Source: an uncultured Planctomycetales bacterium (GTDB lineage Bacteria > Planctomycetota > Phycisphaerae > UBA1845 > JAFGLZ01). From it: a stretch of DNA of 64,000 bases. The DNA lies in NCBI GenBank assembly GCA_964596165.1, contig CAZQTW010000007.1:73496-137495 (forward strand). Direction: 5' to 3'. Each line of letters starts with the position of its first letter. The stretch's first letter is position 1. Shown in pieces: positions 36,426 to 44,075 of the stretch. The translations under genes and the position numbers were made by a program. A model generated the notes under the pieces. That model ran no database searches. It was not told the origin of the DNA and saw only the letters and a list, made by a program, of their open reading frames with translations.

Positions 36426-37754
36426 CTACGCCCCCTTTGTCCGCCCCATCCATCCCAGTTCGGGCAGATCGCCGAGGGCGTCTCGGAATAGGCGGTAGTA
36501 CAGCAGTTCTTCCTTGCTGTTGAGCCGCCAACCGTTGGAGAGCGTGCGCTCGCGGAGGAACTCACCGTCCGGAATGCTCTCATCGGCATGGCGCGCCAGA
36601 AGGTCGCCGACGCCGGTTCCCTCCCAGAACTTCGCCTTGGTGCGACGTCGCACCGGTTCAGGCAGATCCTCGCCGATCGCCTGTCGAAGAATCCATTTCT
36701 CAATGCCGTTATGAAGTTTCAGTTCCGCCGGGATCCTCAGGGCGTATTCGACGACGATCGGGTCAAGAAACGGTACCACCGCCAGCAGACCGTGGGCCTG
36801 CGAACAACGATCCACGCGCTGAAGAGCGGTGTTGTGAAGCCGTGCAATGATATCCAATAGTTCGGCGGCCAGCTTCTCTCTCGGCAGGGCCTTCAGGTAG
36901 TCGTAGCCGGCGAAGAGTTCGTCGCCGCCCTCTCCGGAGAGGACGGCCGGCACGAATGAGGCGGCCGCCTTGCCCGCCGAATAGTTCATGACACTCGAAC
37001 GGACCAACAGGGCGTCAAACGATTCCAGGTGGCGAATCACCTCCGGCAGACGGCGCAGCACGTCGCGAAGCGAGAGCATAATCTCGTGATGCTCGCTGCC
37101 GATGAAATCGGCGACCTGCCGTGCGTACACCAAGTCCGGAGCGCCCGCAAGACCCGTGGCGAATGTGTGCAGGACCTTCACGTGTCGGCGGGCCAACGCC
37201 GCCAGGATGCTCGAGTCCAGCCCACCGGACAGCCAGACCCCGATGCCGTCCACGCCGAACGACTTGACCACAGCCGACTCCAGTCGGTTTCGGAGCTCGG
37301 TGGCGATGCGACCGGCCGACTCGTCCAAGATCGGACCGGGTTGTATGCCGGAGCACGAGGGTGCAACCAAGCCGTCGTGTTGCCCTCCCGGCGGCAATTC
37401 AAAGACGTCCGACGTCACGGTGAGCAGGGACTTCACTTCCGAGGCAAAACACAACGTGCCGTTCTGCGTGCGCCCGAAATACAACGGGGCCACACCCATC
37501 GCATCACGGTCCAGCATCAGATGATCCCGCCGCCAGGCGGCCCGGGCGAACCGCCCGTCGCCCGAGGCGTCCTGGACGGTCGCCTCGGCCATGCTCAGAC
37601 TGCCCGGCTGTGCCCGTGGCCACACGGCGCCCAACGTGACTTCGCCGGCTTCGAAGACCTCACGGCCGGCGCCGCCGCGGTGAATCATCACCTCCAACAT
37701 CCGTCGGACGTCTTCCCGGCGGCCGGCTTGAGCGATTCCTGCAATCCCCGCCAT
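36426..37754 (-). CDS. Asparagine synthetase B-family protein lacking the N-terminal Cys nucleophile
   Basis: The N-terminus is MAGIAGI (canonical MCGIxG), and the Ntn domain is short. PP-loop VWLSGGLDSS, then LSGEGGDELFAGY. 442 aa. Confidence 0.85.
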   Translation of the reverse strand: MAGIAGIAQAGRREDVRRMLEVMIHRGGAGREVFEAGEVTLGAVWPRAQPGSLSMAEATVQDASGDGRFARAAWRRDHLMLDRDAMGVAPLYFGRTQNGTLCFASEVKSLLTVTSDVFELPPGGQHDGLVAPSCSGIQPGPILDESAGRIATELRNRLESAVVKSFGVDGIGVWLSGGLDSSILAALARRHVKVLHTFATGLAGAPDLVYARQVADFIGSEHHEIMLSLRDVLRRLPEVIRHLESFDALLVRSSVMNYSAGKAAASFVPAVLSGEGGDELFAGYDYLKALPREKLAAELLDIIARLHNTALQRVDRCSQAHGLLAVVPFLDPIVVEYALRIPAELKLHNGIEKWILRQAIGEDLPEPVRRRTKAKFWEGTGVGDLLARHADESIPDGEFLRERTLSNGWRLNSKEELLYYRLFRDALGDLPELGWMGRTKGA

Positions 37755-37758
37755 TCTG

Positions 37759-39645
37759 CTACCTCCACGCGGATCGCGCCGATTCCATGCCGCTGAGTGT
37801 CCGTCGCACGCGGTCCGCCGCGGACACGGGCATCCCGTGCTCGTCCACCACCTTGACCGCCCCGTGGATCACACGCGTTTTCCACTCGACCGCCCGGCGG
37901 AATTCGTCACGGCATTCCCATAGGTAAGGAACGGGGAGAAATCCCGCCGCGAAGATTCGGTATAGCCCCTCGGCGCTGTATGCCTGCGGTATCGACCTTT
38001 CAATTCCGTCGATTACGACGCGGGCCTCGCCGAGCAATTCGTCAGTCCTGTGCATGACCTCCGGATGATGCGTCATGTCGTCCACCGCCCCCGTTGCCCG
38101 AAGCCGGCGGTATTCAGTCAGGGCGTGCCGGATGATCTGGATGCTCTCATCCACTACGGAGGGATCCGCCAGGTGAGAGGCCTCCGAGTAGCTTACGACA
38201 TGGATGATCGGCGGACTGCCGGTGTCGCGGGGCTCGATGTCGTCCATCAGCGCGGTCACGGCGGCAAGCTGGGCCTTGGCCGTTTCCAGATCCGACGAGA
38301 AGTAGTCCAGTCCGGCGCGAGGCTGAAGGATCACGCGGAAGGTCCTGCTTTGAAGTCCTCGGAGCAGGTAGAGCATCGCTCGGGACTTGGCAAGGTCCTG
38401 GACTCCCCAGGTAGTCTTCGGCGTGTTAAGCATGTTCTGGAGGATCAAGCAGCCTATCCCCGATTGCTTCGCCGCCCTGGCCGCCAGATAGGCCGAGACC
38501 ACATACGTCACGTCGTCGGCACCGCGAAACGCGAAATGGTGTGGGACGTTCGGCTCGAACGGCTTGCCCGTCTCGACCACGCATCGCAGCGTTTCGAAAT
38601 GCTGTTCGAGATTCTCTCGGAGGGAATAGGGGCCCCTTCCATCAATCCGGCAGAACCACCAGAGGGACAGGGCGTGCCAGGCGATGTGGATGGTCCGCTC
38701 GTACATTCGAGCCAACTCGGGGATGTTCCGTGTCCCCGCGTAGGCGCGGACCAGCATCGGGCGGGCTGCGGCCCATACGGCGGAAAACTCTTCCGGGGAA
38801 TTCAACGGCACGCCGCCACCGTTCGGCAAGCCACCCCAATCCATGCCGAAATGCGACTGCGTGAGTTGCGACGTCCCGATGGACAGGACATCCAGGAATC
38901 CCGACGCGGCGAGCCGCCGAGTCCAGTCGAGGAACAATCGGACCGCCTCGTCTCGATCAGGAAGGTACGGACCGACATGCGCACGCATCAACGGAAGCGC
39001 CCGTGCCTCCGTTGCCGCCCTCAGCCTCGTTGCGACCGTATCCCGCTCGGTTCCAAACCCGTCGTAGCCGCCCCGGGCGGGCGGGCGAACGGCCATGTAT
39101 TTCCCCTTGGCGACGAGGTCCTTGCCGAACGCGAGACGGGCGTCGTCATAGGCGACGCCTTGTACCCAATCACCGGGGAGGACGGCCGGATCGATCCCCA
39201 GCATTCGCAGCGTCTCGCCCGACGTTTCGTCGCCCGTGAAGACGCCCGCGACGCTGGGTACTCGACGACGAACGAGTTCACACGTTTGCGGAAGCCCGGC
39301 GAAGTAGATTCCCTTCAAGGGGCCGCCTTGGTCGGCCCACAGACGGCGGCTCTTGAGCAGATGGATCAGGCGCTCGAACGTCTCGGCGCCTTCGGCCGGG
39401 TCAAGTCGAAAGCTGAAGCCGAGAACGGTAATACGATTCTCGGCAAGCCACCGCTCGATGATCGCCGGGGAATCGGCATCGTCCAGTTGGCCGAAGGCCC
39501 CACAGGTCCGGGCGTCCGCAATCACGGTCCGGACGCCGCACGCCTCCAGGAGCTGCTGAACGGAGAAGAGCCCAAGCGTGTGCGCGTCGAGGGCCGGCCG
39601 GACCAGCCCGAAGCCGTCCTCTCGTGTGATCGGCGTGTTCTTCAT
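37759..39645 (-). CDS. Cobalamin-binding-domain protein fused to a large barrel-like domain (glutamate-mutase S+E-like, tentative)
   Basis: The N-terminal 140 aa carries DAHTLGL (a D-x-H-x-x-G B12-binding signature) followed by VLGFSFRL and IYFAGLP. The remaining 480 aa shows pattern resemblance to GlmE (MRAHVG..., PNGGGVPLN, VRAYAGTRN). The combined size equals GlmS plus GlmE. Confidence 0.6.
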   Translation of the reverse strand: MKNTPITREDGFGLVRPALDAHTLGLFSVQQLLEACGVRTVIADARTCGAFGQLDDADSPAIIERWLAENRITVLGFSFRLDPAEGAETFERLIHLLKSRRLWADQGGPLKGIYFAGLPQTCELVRRRVPSVAGVFTGDETSGETLRMLGIDPAVLPGDWVQGVAYDDARLAFGKDLVAKGKYMAVRPPARGGYDGFGTERDTVATRLRAATEARALPLMRAHVGPYLPDRDEAVRLFLDWTRRLAASGFLDVLSIGTSQLTQSHFGMDWGGLPNGGGVPLNSPEEFSAVWAAARPMLVRAYAGTRNIPELARMYERTIHIAWHALSLWWFCRIDGRGPYSLRENLEQHFETLRCVVETGKPFEPNVPHHFAFRGADDVTYVVSAYLAARAAKQSGIGCLILQNMLNTPKTTWGVQDLAKSRAMLYLLRGLQSRTFRVILQPRAGLDYFSSDLETAKAQLAAVTALMDDIEPRDTGSPPIIHVVSYSEASHLADPSVVDESIQIIRHALTEYRRLRATGAVDDMTHHPEVMHRTDELLGEARVVIDGIERSIPQAYSAEGLYRIFAAGFLPVPYLWECRDEFRRAVEWKTRVIHGAVKVVDEHGMPVSAADRVRRTLSGMESARSAWR

Positions 39646-39648
39646 GCT

Positions 39649-41271
39649 TCAAGGCCCCCCCCCGACGACCGACGGCGCTCCGCCGACCGGTTGGGGCGCG
39701 GGCTCCACGCCCACAACCAAAAGGCGAATGTCCTTCACGGACATCCCGGACAAGCCGAGACGCGCGACCGTTCGACCTTGTTTCCAGAAGTCCACGCCAT
39801 GCATGGCACAGGCCATGTGAACGACGGCGTTTATCATCGGCGTGGGAACCTTGAGCATCTCGCCCAGGCCGGCAATCGGGACGAGACTCGCCGGAACGTC
39901 CTCATAAATGTATCGGTGGAGGACGGTCCCGGGCGCCCGGATGCCCCGGTAGCCGGGGTTGGCCCGCATGGCCTCAAACAGGGTCCGTCCGGCGGCGTCG
40001 TAGGCATGATAGAGCCATTCCCGCGCGGTGTACGCGCGGATGCCCAGGGCGGCGGCTACGCTCACGCGCTCGCGGTCGACGGCCTCGAGCACGGCGGCCA
40101 CGGCCGGCGTTACCCCTTCCACGTAGTATTCGAAGTCCCCGTGCGTGTCCTCAATCCGCCCCGCGTTCAGAATCGTGATGGCGGGGTGAAACACCGCGCC
40201 CACGTTGTCCAGACTCGTTTTCAGCACATTGTCGCCGGGCACGAACTGAGGCAAGGCCTTCCGGATGATCGGGAGAATGTCGGCGATGTGGTAGGCGGGC
40301 AATGCCGCCAGGGGGACGGAGTTCTTGATTCCATAAATGTGGACTTGGCCCGGATTCGTGGCTCGCGCCGCATAGAGCAGCGTCTGCGCCTCGGCGATGT
40401 AAGGACGAACGGAAGGATTGCTTTCCTTCAAGACCTGCGCGACCTCCAGCGCACCGCCGGTCCTGCCGGGGTTCAGGACGATGATCTGACCGTCCTTGAC
40501 GTGTGGAGCAATGAGATGCGCCACATCGCGATGCGCGGTGGCGGGGACAACGATCATCAGGATGTCCATGTTGTCCACGGCCTCGGCCACGTCGCTCGTG
40601 GCCAGATTGATCCGCGCGAATCCTTCGACCTCGCCCGTCACCTCGAGACCTTCTCGGGATCGGACGGGATCGATGCGAGACGGCGTGCGGTTGAAGAGAT
40701 TCACCTTGCACCCGCCAATCGCGAGGTGGGCGGCCATCGCCATGCCCCCGTGCCCCGCACCCAGCACGCAAAACGAAGGCAGCCCCTCGGCGGCCACAAT
40801 GTCGCCCAGAGGTCCCTCCGCTGCTCGTACGACGTCGATGAGCTCCGCAGCCGAACGAACCCGTTGCAGGGACTCCAGAACACCGTCCGATCCGCACAGC
40901 CTCGCCAAACGCCCCAGGATGCGCAGGTGCAATACCTGCGCCACCGGCGGACCCAGGAGCAGGAAGATGAGATGGACCTTCGTGTTCGTGGACGGACACC
41001 ACGAAACGCCGGAGCGCGATATCCCCACCGCCACGAGCAACTGCCTGCAGGACGTCGTCGACGCGTGCGGAACGGCGATGGTCAGCGGACCCGCCGGAAC
41101 GATGGTCGGGCCTGAGCGCTCCCGCGCGAGGATGTCCTTGCCGGCCGCCGCGGTGTCAAGGGGCCTTACGGAGGCAATGGCCGAGACCAACCGTTGGATC
41201 GCGTCCTCCTTCGAAACCCCCTCCAGATCCAAGAGCACGGCCTCGGGCACGAGGATGTCCGCGACACGCAT
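39649..41271 (-). CDS. Fusion of a PTS EIIA(Ntr)-like domain and an NAD(P) opine (octopine/nopaline) dehydrogenase family domain
   Basis: ATG at 41271 follows GGAGG at 8 nt. The N-terminal 150 aa (ILVPEAVLLDL...ERERSGPT...IAVPHAS...VHLIFLLLGP) is PtsN/EIIA-2-like with the conserved His. The C-terminal 380 aa aligns along its length with Arthrobacter CENDH-type opine dehydrogenases (VLGAGHGGMAMAAHLA, IVVPA, LNPGRTGGALE, YYVEGVTP, NPGYRGI, YIYEDVP). Confidence 0.85.
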   Translation of the reverse strand: MRVADILVPEAVLLDLEGVSKEDAIQRLVSAIASVRPLDTAAAGKDILARERSGPTIVPAGPLTIAVPHASTTSCRQLLVAVGISRSGVSWCPSTNTKVHLIFLLLGPPVAQVLHLRILGRLARLCGSDGVLESLQRVRSAAELIDVVRAAEGPLGDIVAAEGLPSFCVLGAGHGGMAMAAHLAIGGCKVNLFNRTPSRIDPVRSREGLEVTGEVEGFARINLATSDVAEAVDNMDILMIVVPATAHRDVAHLIAPHVKDGQIIVLNPGRTGGALEVAQVLKESNPSVRPYIAEAQTLLYAARATNPGQVHIYGIKNSVPLAALPAYHIADILPIIRKALPQFVPGDNVLKTSLDNVGAVFHPAITILNAGRIEDTHGDFEYYVEGVTPAVAAVLEAVDRERVSVAAALGIRAYTAREWLYHAYDAAGRTLFEAMRANPGYRGIRAPGTVLHRYIYEDVPASLVPIAGLGEMLKVPTPMINAVVHMACAMHGVDFWKQGRTVARLGLSGMSVKDIRLLVVGVEPAPQPVGGAPSVVGGGP

Positions 41272-41321
41272 GCCATGACCCTCCGCGGGCGTCATTCCTC
41301 GATCGATGCTCGGCCGAGGGC

Positions 41322-41666
41322 TCACCCTTTCCATGCAGCGACGCCACGGGCCGAAAACCACAGAAGCAGAGCAAAGATCAGCAGAAGCGCGGCGTACCTC
41401 CTCCAGTGTCCGAGCGATGCCGGTTGACCCCACGCAGTCAGCCCGCCGAACCTCCTGATGTCCAGATACCGCACGGCCATGAGCAAGACGATGATCGCCC
41501 AAAACACCAGGTCGGCCGGACCCAGCGCATACGCCGCGCCATCCGAGATCACCTTCGCGCAAAGCAGCAGACACAAATTCCCGATCAGCATCCAGAACAG
41601 CCTGGCCAAACAACCGCCAGGACGCCCTTGTGAACTCGATGTCAATTCGTCCTCAACAGGCATCAT
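41322..41666 (-). CDS. Small integral membrane protein (3 predicted TM helices), function unknown
   Basis: ATG at 41666/41663 is preceded by GGAGG. It has hydrophobic segments and lies 50 nt upstream of the EIIA-opine-DH gene. It is preferred over the Arg-rich N-terminal extension of ORF 39649..41613 in another frame. Confidence 0.6.
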   Translation of the reverse strand: MMPVEDELTSSSQGRPGGCLARLFWMLIGNLCLLLCAKVISDGAAYALGPADLVFWAIIVLLMAVRYLDIRRFGGLTAWGQPASLGHWRRYAALLLIFALLLWFSARGVAAWKG

Positions 41667-41942
41667 CTAGCCTCCGGTAGCGGAACCTCCGTCCCGACCC
41701 GTAAGGGTGGCGGCCCGACCCTCCCGATTGCCTGCCGGCGCTCACGCGCCGGTACCCTTCTCAGAGCCGAAGCGCCCTCGGACATGCTGCGGCCCTGTCG
41801 ATCACCATGTTGTGAAGCGTCCCATCTCCATTGCCCAGCCTTGTCGCTGAGGCCTTCGCACGGTTGCTCGATCCCACCGTGCGTCTCGCGGCCACCACGA
41901 CTTCTCTCGATTCGCGAGACCGGCCGCAAGGATCGCGGTCCT

Positions 41943-42440
41943 CTATCGCCCGCCCCGGATGCCTCGCCACGTGCCGTCCGTGTCCGCCCGGGCGTGCTCC
42001 AAGCAGTATCGAGCCCACGGAATCGCGCGAAGGCGGGCCTTGGAAATGGGCCGCCGTGTCGCCTCGCAAATCCCGTAGGTCCCGTTTCGGATCCGCTGGA
42101 GCGCATCATGAATCTCGTTCAGCAACAAGCGTTCCCGTTCCAACAGACCGATCGCGAATTCCTGTTCCCACGTGTCGGTGGCCGATTCGGCCGGGCTGCT
42201 CATCCCGGGATGCCCTCTCTGCTCGCCCGTCTGACTGCGGCCCGATGCCTCCTTGCGAAGCGAAGTGAGGTCTCCCAAGAGCTCTCGCCGCTTGGCCAGA
42301 AGGGCCTCACGAAACTCCTTCAATTCGGCGGGGGCGAATCGATGCCCGCGCGAAAACCCCGTCCCCGAGCCGCGACCCGATGGGCCGGTGTCACGTCTGA
42401 GCCTGTTGCCGGAATGCACTGTCCTTTGGCGCGATCTCAT
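41943..42440 (-). CDS. DksA/TraR-family protein with a two-Cys (CxxT-N17-CxxH) finger
   Basis: Coiled-coil region (ELKEFREALLAKRRELLGDL) followed by RIRNGTYGICEATRRPISKARLRAIPWARYCLEHA. Confidence 0.75.
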   Translation of the reverse strand: MRSRQRTVHSGNRLRRDTGPSGRGSGTGFSRGHRFAPAELKEFREALLAKRRELLGDLTSLRKEASGRSQTGEQRGHPGMSSPAESATDTWEQEFAIGLLERERLLLNEIHDALQRIRNGTYGICEATRRPISKARLRAIPWARYCLEHARADTDGTWRGIRGGR

Positions 42441-42474
42441 GTCGTTACCCTGCGTCCAAGAAAGGCCCGCCCGC

Positions 42475-42825
42475 CTACGTCGACGCCCGCTGCCACGCAT
42501 CGACACGCTTCTTGCGCCGGAGCCTCTGCCTTCGGTCGAACGTGCTTCTGAGCCGGCGCTCCATGCGAATCACCGCACGACCGATGGCGGTCTCCGCGTC
42601 GACTTCCGTGGCCCTGACCGCCAGCTCGCCCGAGGGGATCGTCTTGACCTCGATCCGGCACTGTTGGTCGTGCCCGCCTCGCGGACCGTTCACGTCGTCC
42701 AGGCGAACCACCACCTGGCGGATTCGGCGCTCAAAACGACTCAATGCGAATGCAAGACGACGCCCCACGAAATTACGGAGCGATTGGCTGTCTAGGTCGT
42801 TCTTCGCAAAAACCTGGAAGTCCAT
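42475..42825 (-). CDS. Short HPF/RaiA-family ribosome-associated protein
   Basis: ATG at 42825 is preceded by GGAG. MDFQVF...LRNFVGRRLAFALSRFERRIRQVVVRLDDVNGPRGGHDQQCRIEV...AIGRAVIRMERRL matches the short NGPRGG-containing HPF subfamily. Confidence 0.7.
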   Translation of the reverse strand: MDFQVFAKNDLDSQSLRNFVGRRLAFALSRFERRIRQVVVRLDDVNGPRGGHDQQCRIEVKTIPSGELAVRATEVDAETAIGRAVIRMERRLRSTFDRRQRLRRKKRVDAWQRAST

Positions 42826-42923
42826 CACAGTCTCCTTTCGCCGGATTGCCCGACCGCTCGCACCTCTCCAGTCCCTCCCTTTATACGATGCCGGTAATCC
42901 ACGGATTCATCGATAATCATGTA

Positions 42924-42952
42924 TTGATCCATCGATAAAAACGAAGTATGAT
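42924..42952 (+). promoter_or_regulatory. Candidate sigma70 promoter placing the TSS at or near the lysR-type ATG (leaderless mRNA candidate)
   Basis: TTGATC (42924-42929), 17 nt, TATGAT (42947-42952), then 6 nt to the ATG at 42959. No SD is present. Confidence 0.4.
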
Positions 42953-42958
42953 CGGGCC

Positions 42959-43882
42959 ATGGAATGGCTCAACTACCACCATCTGCTCTACTTCTGGGTC
43001 GTGGCGAAGGAAGGAACCATTGCGGCGGCCTGCAAGCGACTGCTTCTGACACAGTCGACGATTTCCGCCCAACTCCATGCCCTGGAAAAGGCCCTGGGAC
43101 GGAGGCTCTTCGACCGCATGGGTCGAAACCTTGTCCCCACCGAGGCCGGACGTCTGGTCTACCGATACGCCGATCAGATCTTTGCGTTGGGGTCCGAATT
43201 GCTCGATGTCGTGAAGGGAAGGCCCTCGACCCCTCCGATCCGGTTGAACATCGGCGCGCACGATGTCTTGCCGAAGCTGGTGGCCTATCGCCTGCTCGAA
43301 CCCATTCTACGTTTCCCAAAGCCGGTCCACATCGTATGCTTCGAAGGGACCCCGACGCAGTTGCTGCCCAGACTGGCGGTTCGCGAAGTGGACCTCGTCT
43401 TGACCGACACCCCCATCGACCCGCACATCCGGGTTCGCGCGTACAGCCATCCGTTGGGCGAGTCCGGGATCGGCTTCTACGCGGCACCCAAGCTCGCTCG
43501 CCGTTTGCGAATCGGTTTTCCCCAGTCGCTTCACCACGCGCCGGCGCTCCTGCCCACCGACAACACCGCCATGCGACGCAGCCTGAACCGGTGGTTCGAT
43601 GCCGTGGGCGTCCGGCCCAAGGTGGTGTCGGAGTTCGAAGACAGCGATCTCATGATGGTGTTCGGGCGCGACGGCCGGGGGTTCTTCCCCGGCCATGATG
43701 TCATCGCCAACGAAATCATCGAGGGATTCCATGTGGAGTCTGTCGGTACCATCCAACGTCACCGAGAACGCTTCTACGCCGTGACCGCCGAACGCCAGCC
43801 CCGCCATCCGGCCGTGATGGCCTTGACGCGAACGCCGCGGAAGACCAAGTCTCCCGGGCCCGACCCACCGTTGCCCATCTGA
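42959..43882 (+). CDS. LysR-family transcriptional regulator, NhaR-like
   Basis: The N-terminal LNYHHLLYFWVVAKEGTIAAACKRLLLTQSTISAQLHALE resembles the NhaR HTH. A LysR substrate-binding domain follows. Confidence 0.85.
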   Translation: MEWLNYHHLLYFWVVAKEGTIAAACKRLLLTQSTISAQLHALEKALGRRLFDRMGRNLVPTEAGRLVYRYADQIFALGSELLDVVKGRPSTPPIRLNIGAHDVLPKLVAYRLLEPILRFPKPVHIVCFEGTPTQLLPRLAVREVDLVLTDTPIDPHIRVRAYSHPLGESGIGFYAAPKLARRLRIGFPQSLHHAPALLPTDNTAMRRSLNRWFDAVGVRPKVVSEFEDSDLMMVFGRDGRGFFPGHDVIANEIIEGFHVESVGTIQRHRERFYAVTAERQPRHPAVMALTRTPRKTKSPGPDPPLPI

Positions 43883-44075
43883 CTGTGCCGGTTTGCTCCT
43901 GCGATTTCCTCAAGCCTCCGGCGGTCACACGCGCGGGCGAGCCCTCGTGTGACATCTGTCGTTCTTGATCCGTGGCCTTATGGAGTCCCCACAAACGATT
44001 GTTCCGCCTGCTGACAGCGGCTGTCGATTGCGTGCGCATCACGGATACTTCGGTGAGTCCCTCGACAACGAAATC

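Noticed and set aside
36241-37754. Lasso-peptide cluster (AsnB-like cyclase plus the downstream small ORF as precursor).
   Set aside because: There is no B-protein (transglutaminase-like protease or RRE/PqqD) and no ABC exporter nearby. The small ORF lies downstream rather than upstream and lacks a lasso core pattern. The operon partners point to small-molecule chemistry instead.
38050-41115. 1021-aa plus-strand ORF spanning the B12-protein and opine-DH genes.
   Set aside because: It is antisense to two genes with strong family signatures. Its translation is Arg/Gly/Pro/His-rich with no recognisable motifs. This is the typical high-GC antisense ORF artefact.
39649-41613. Full 654-aa ORF-track version of the EIIA-opine-DH gene.
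   Set aside because: The first 114 codons are Arg/Gly-rich. They overlap, in another frame, a better small membrane-protein ORF that has its own GGAGG. The ATG at 41271 has a GGAGG at ideal spacing and starts exactly at the EIIA domain.
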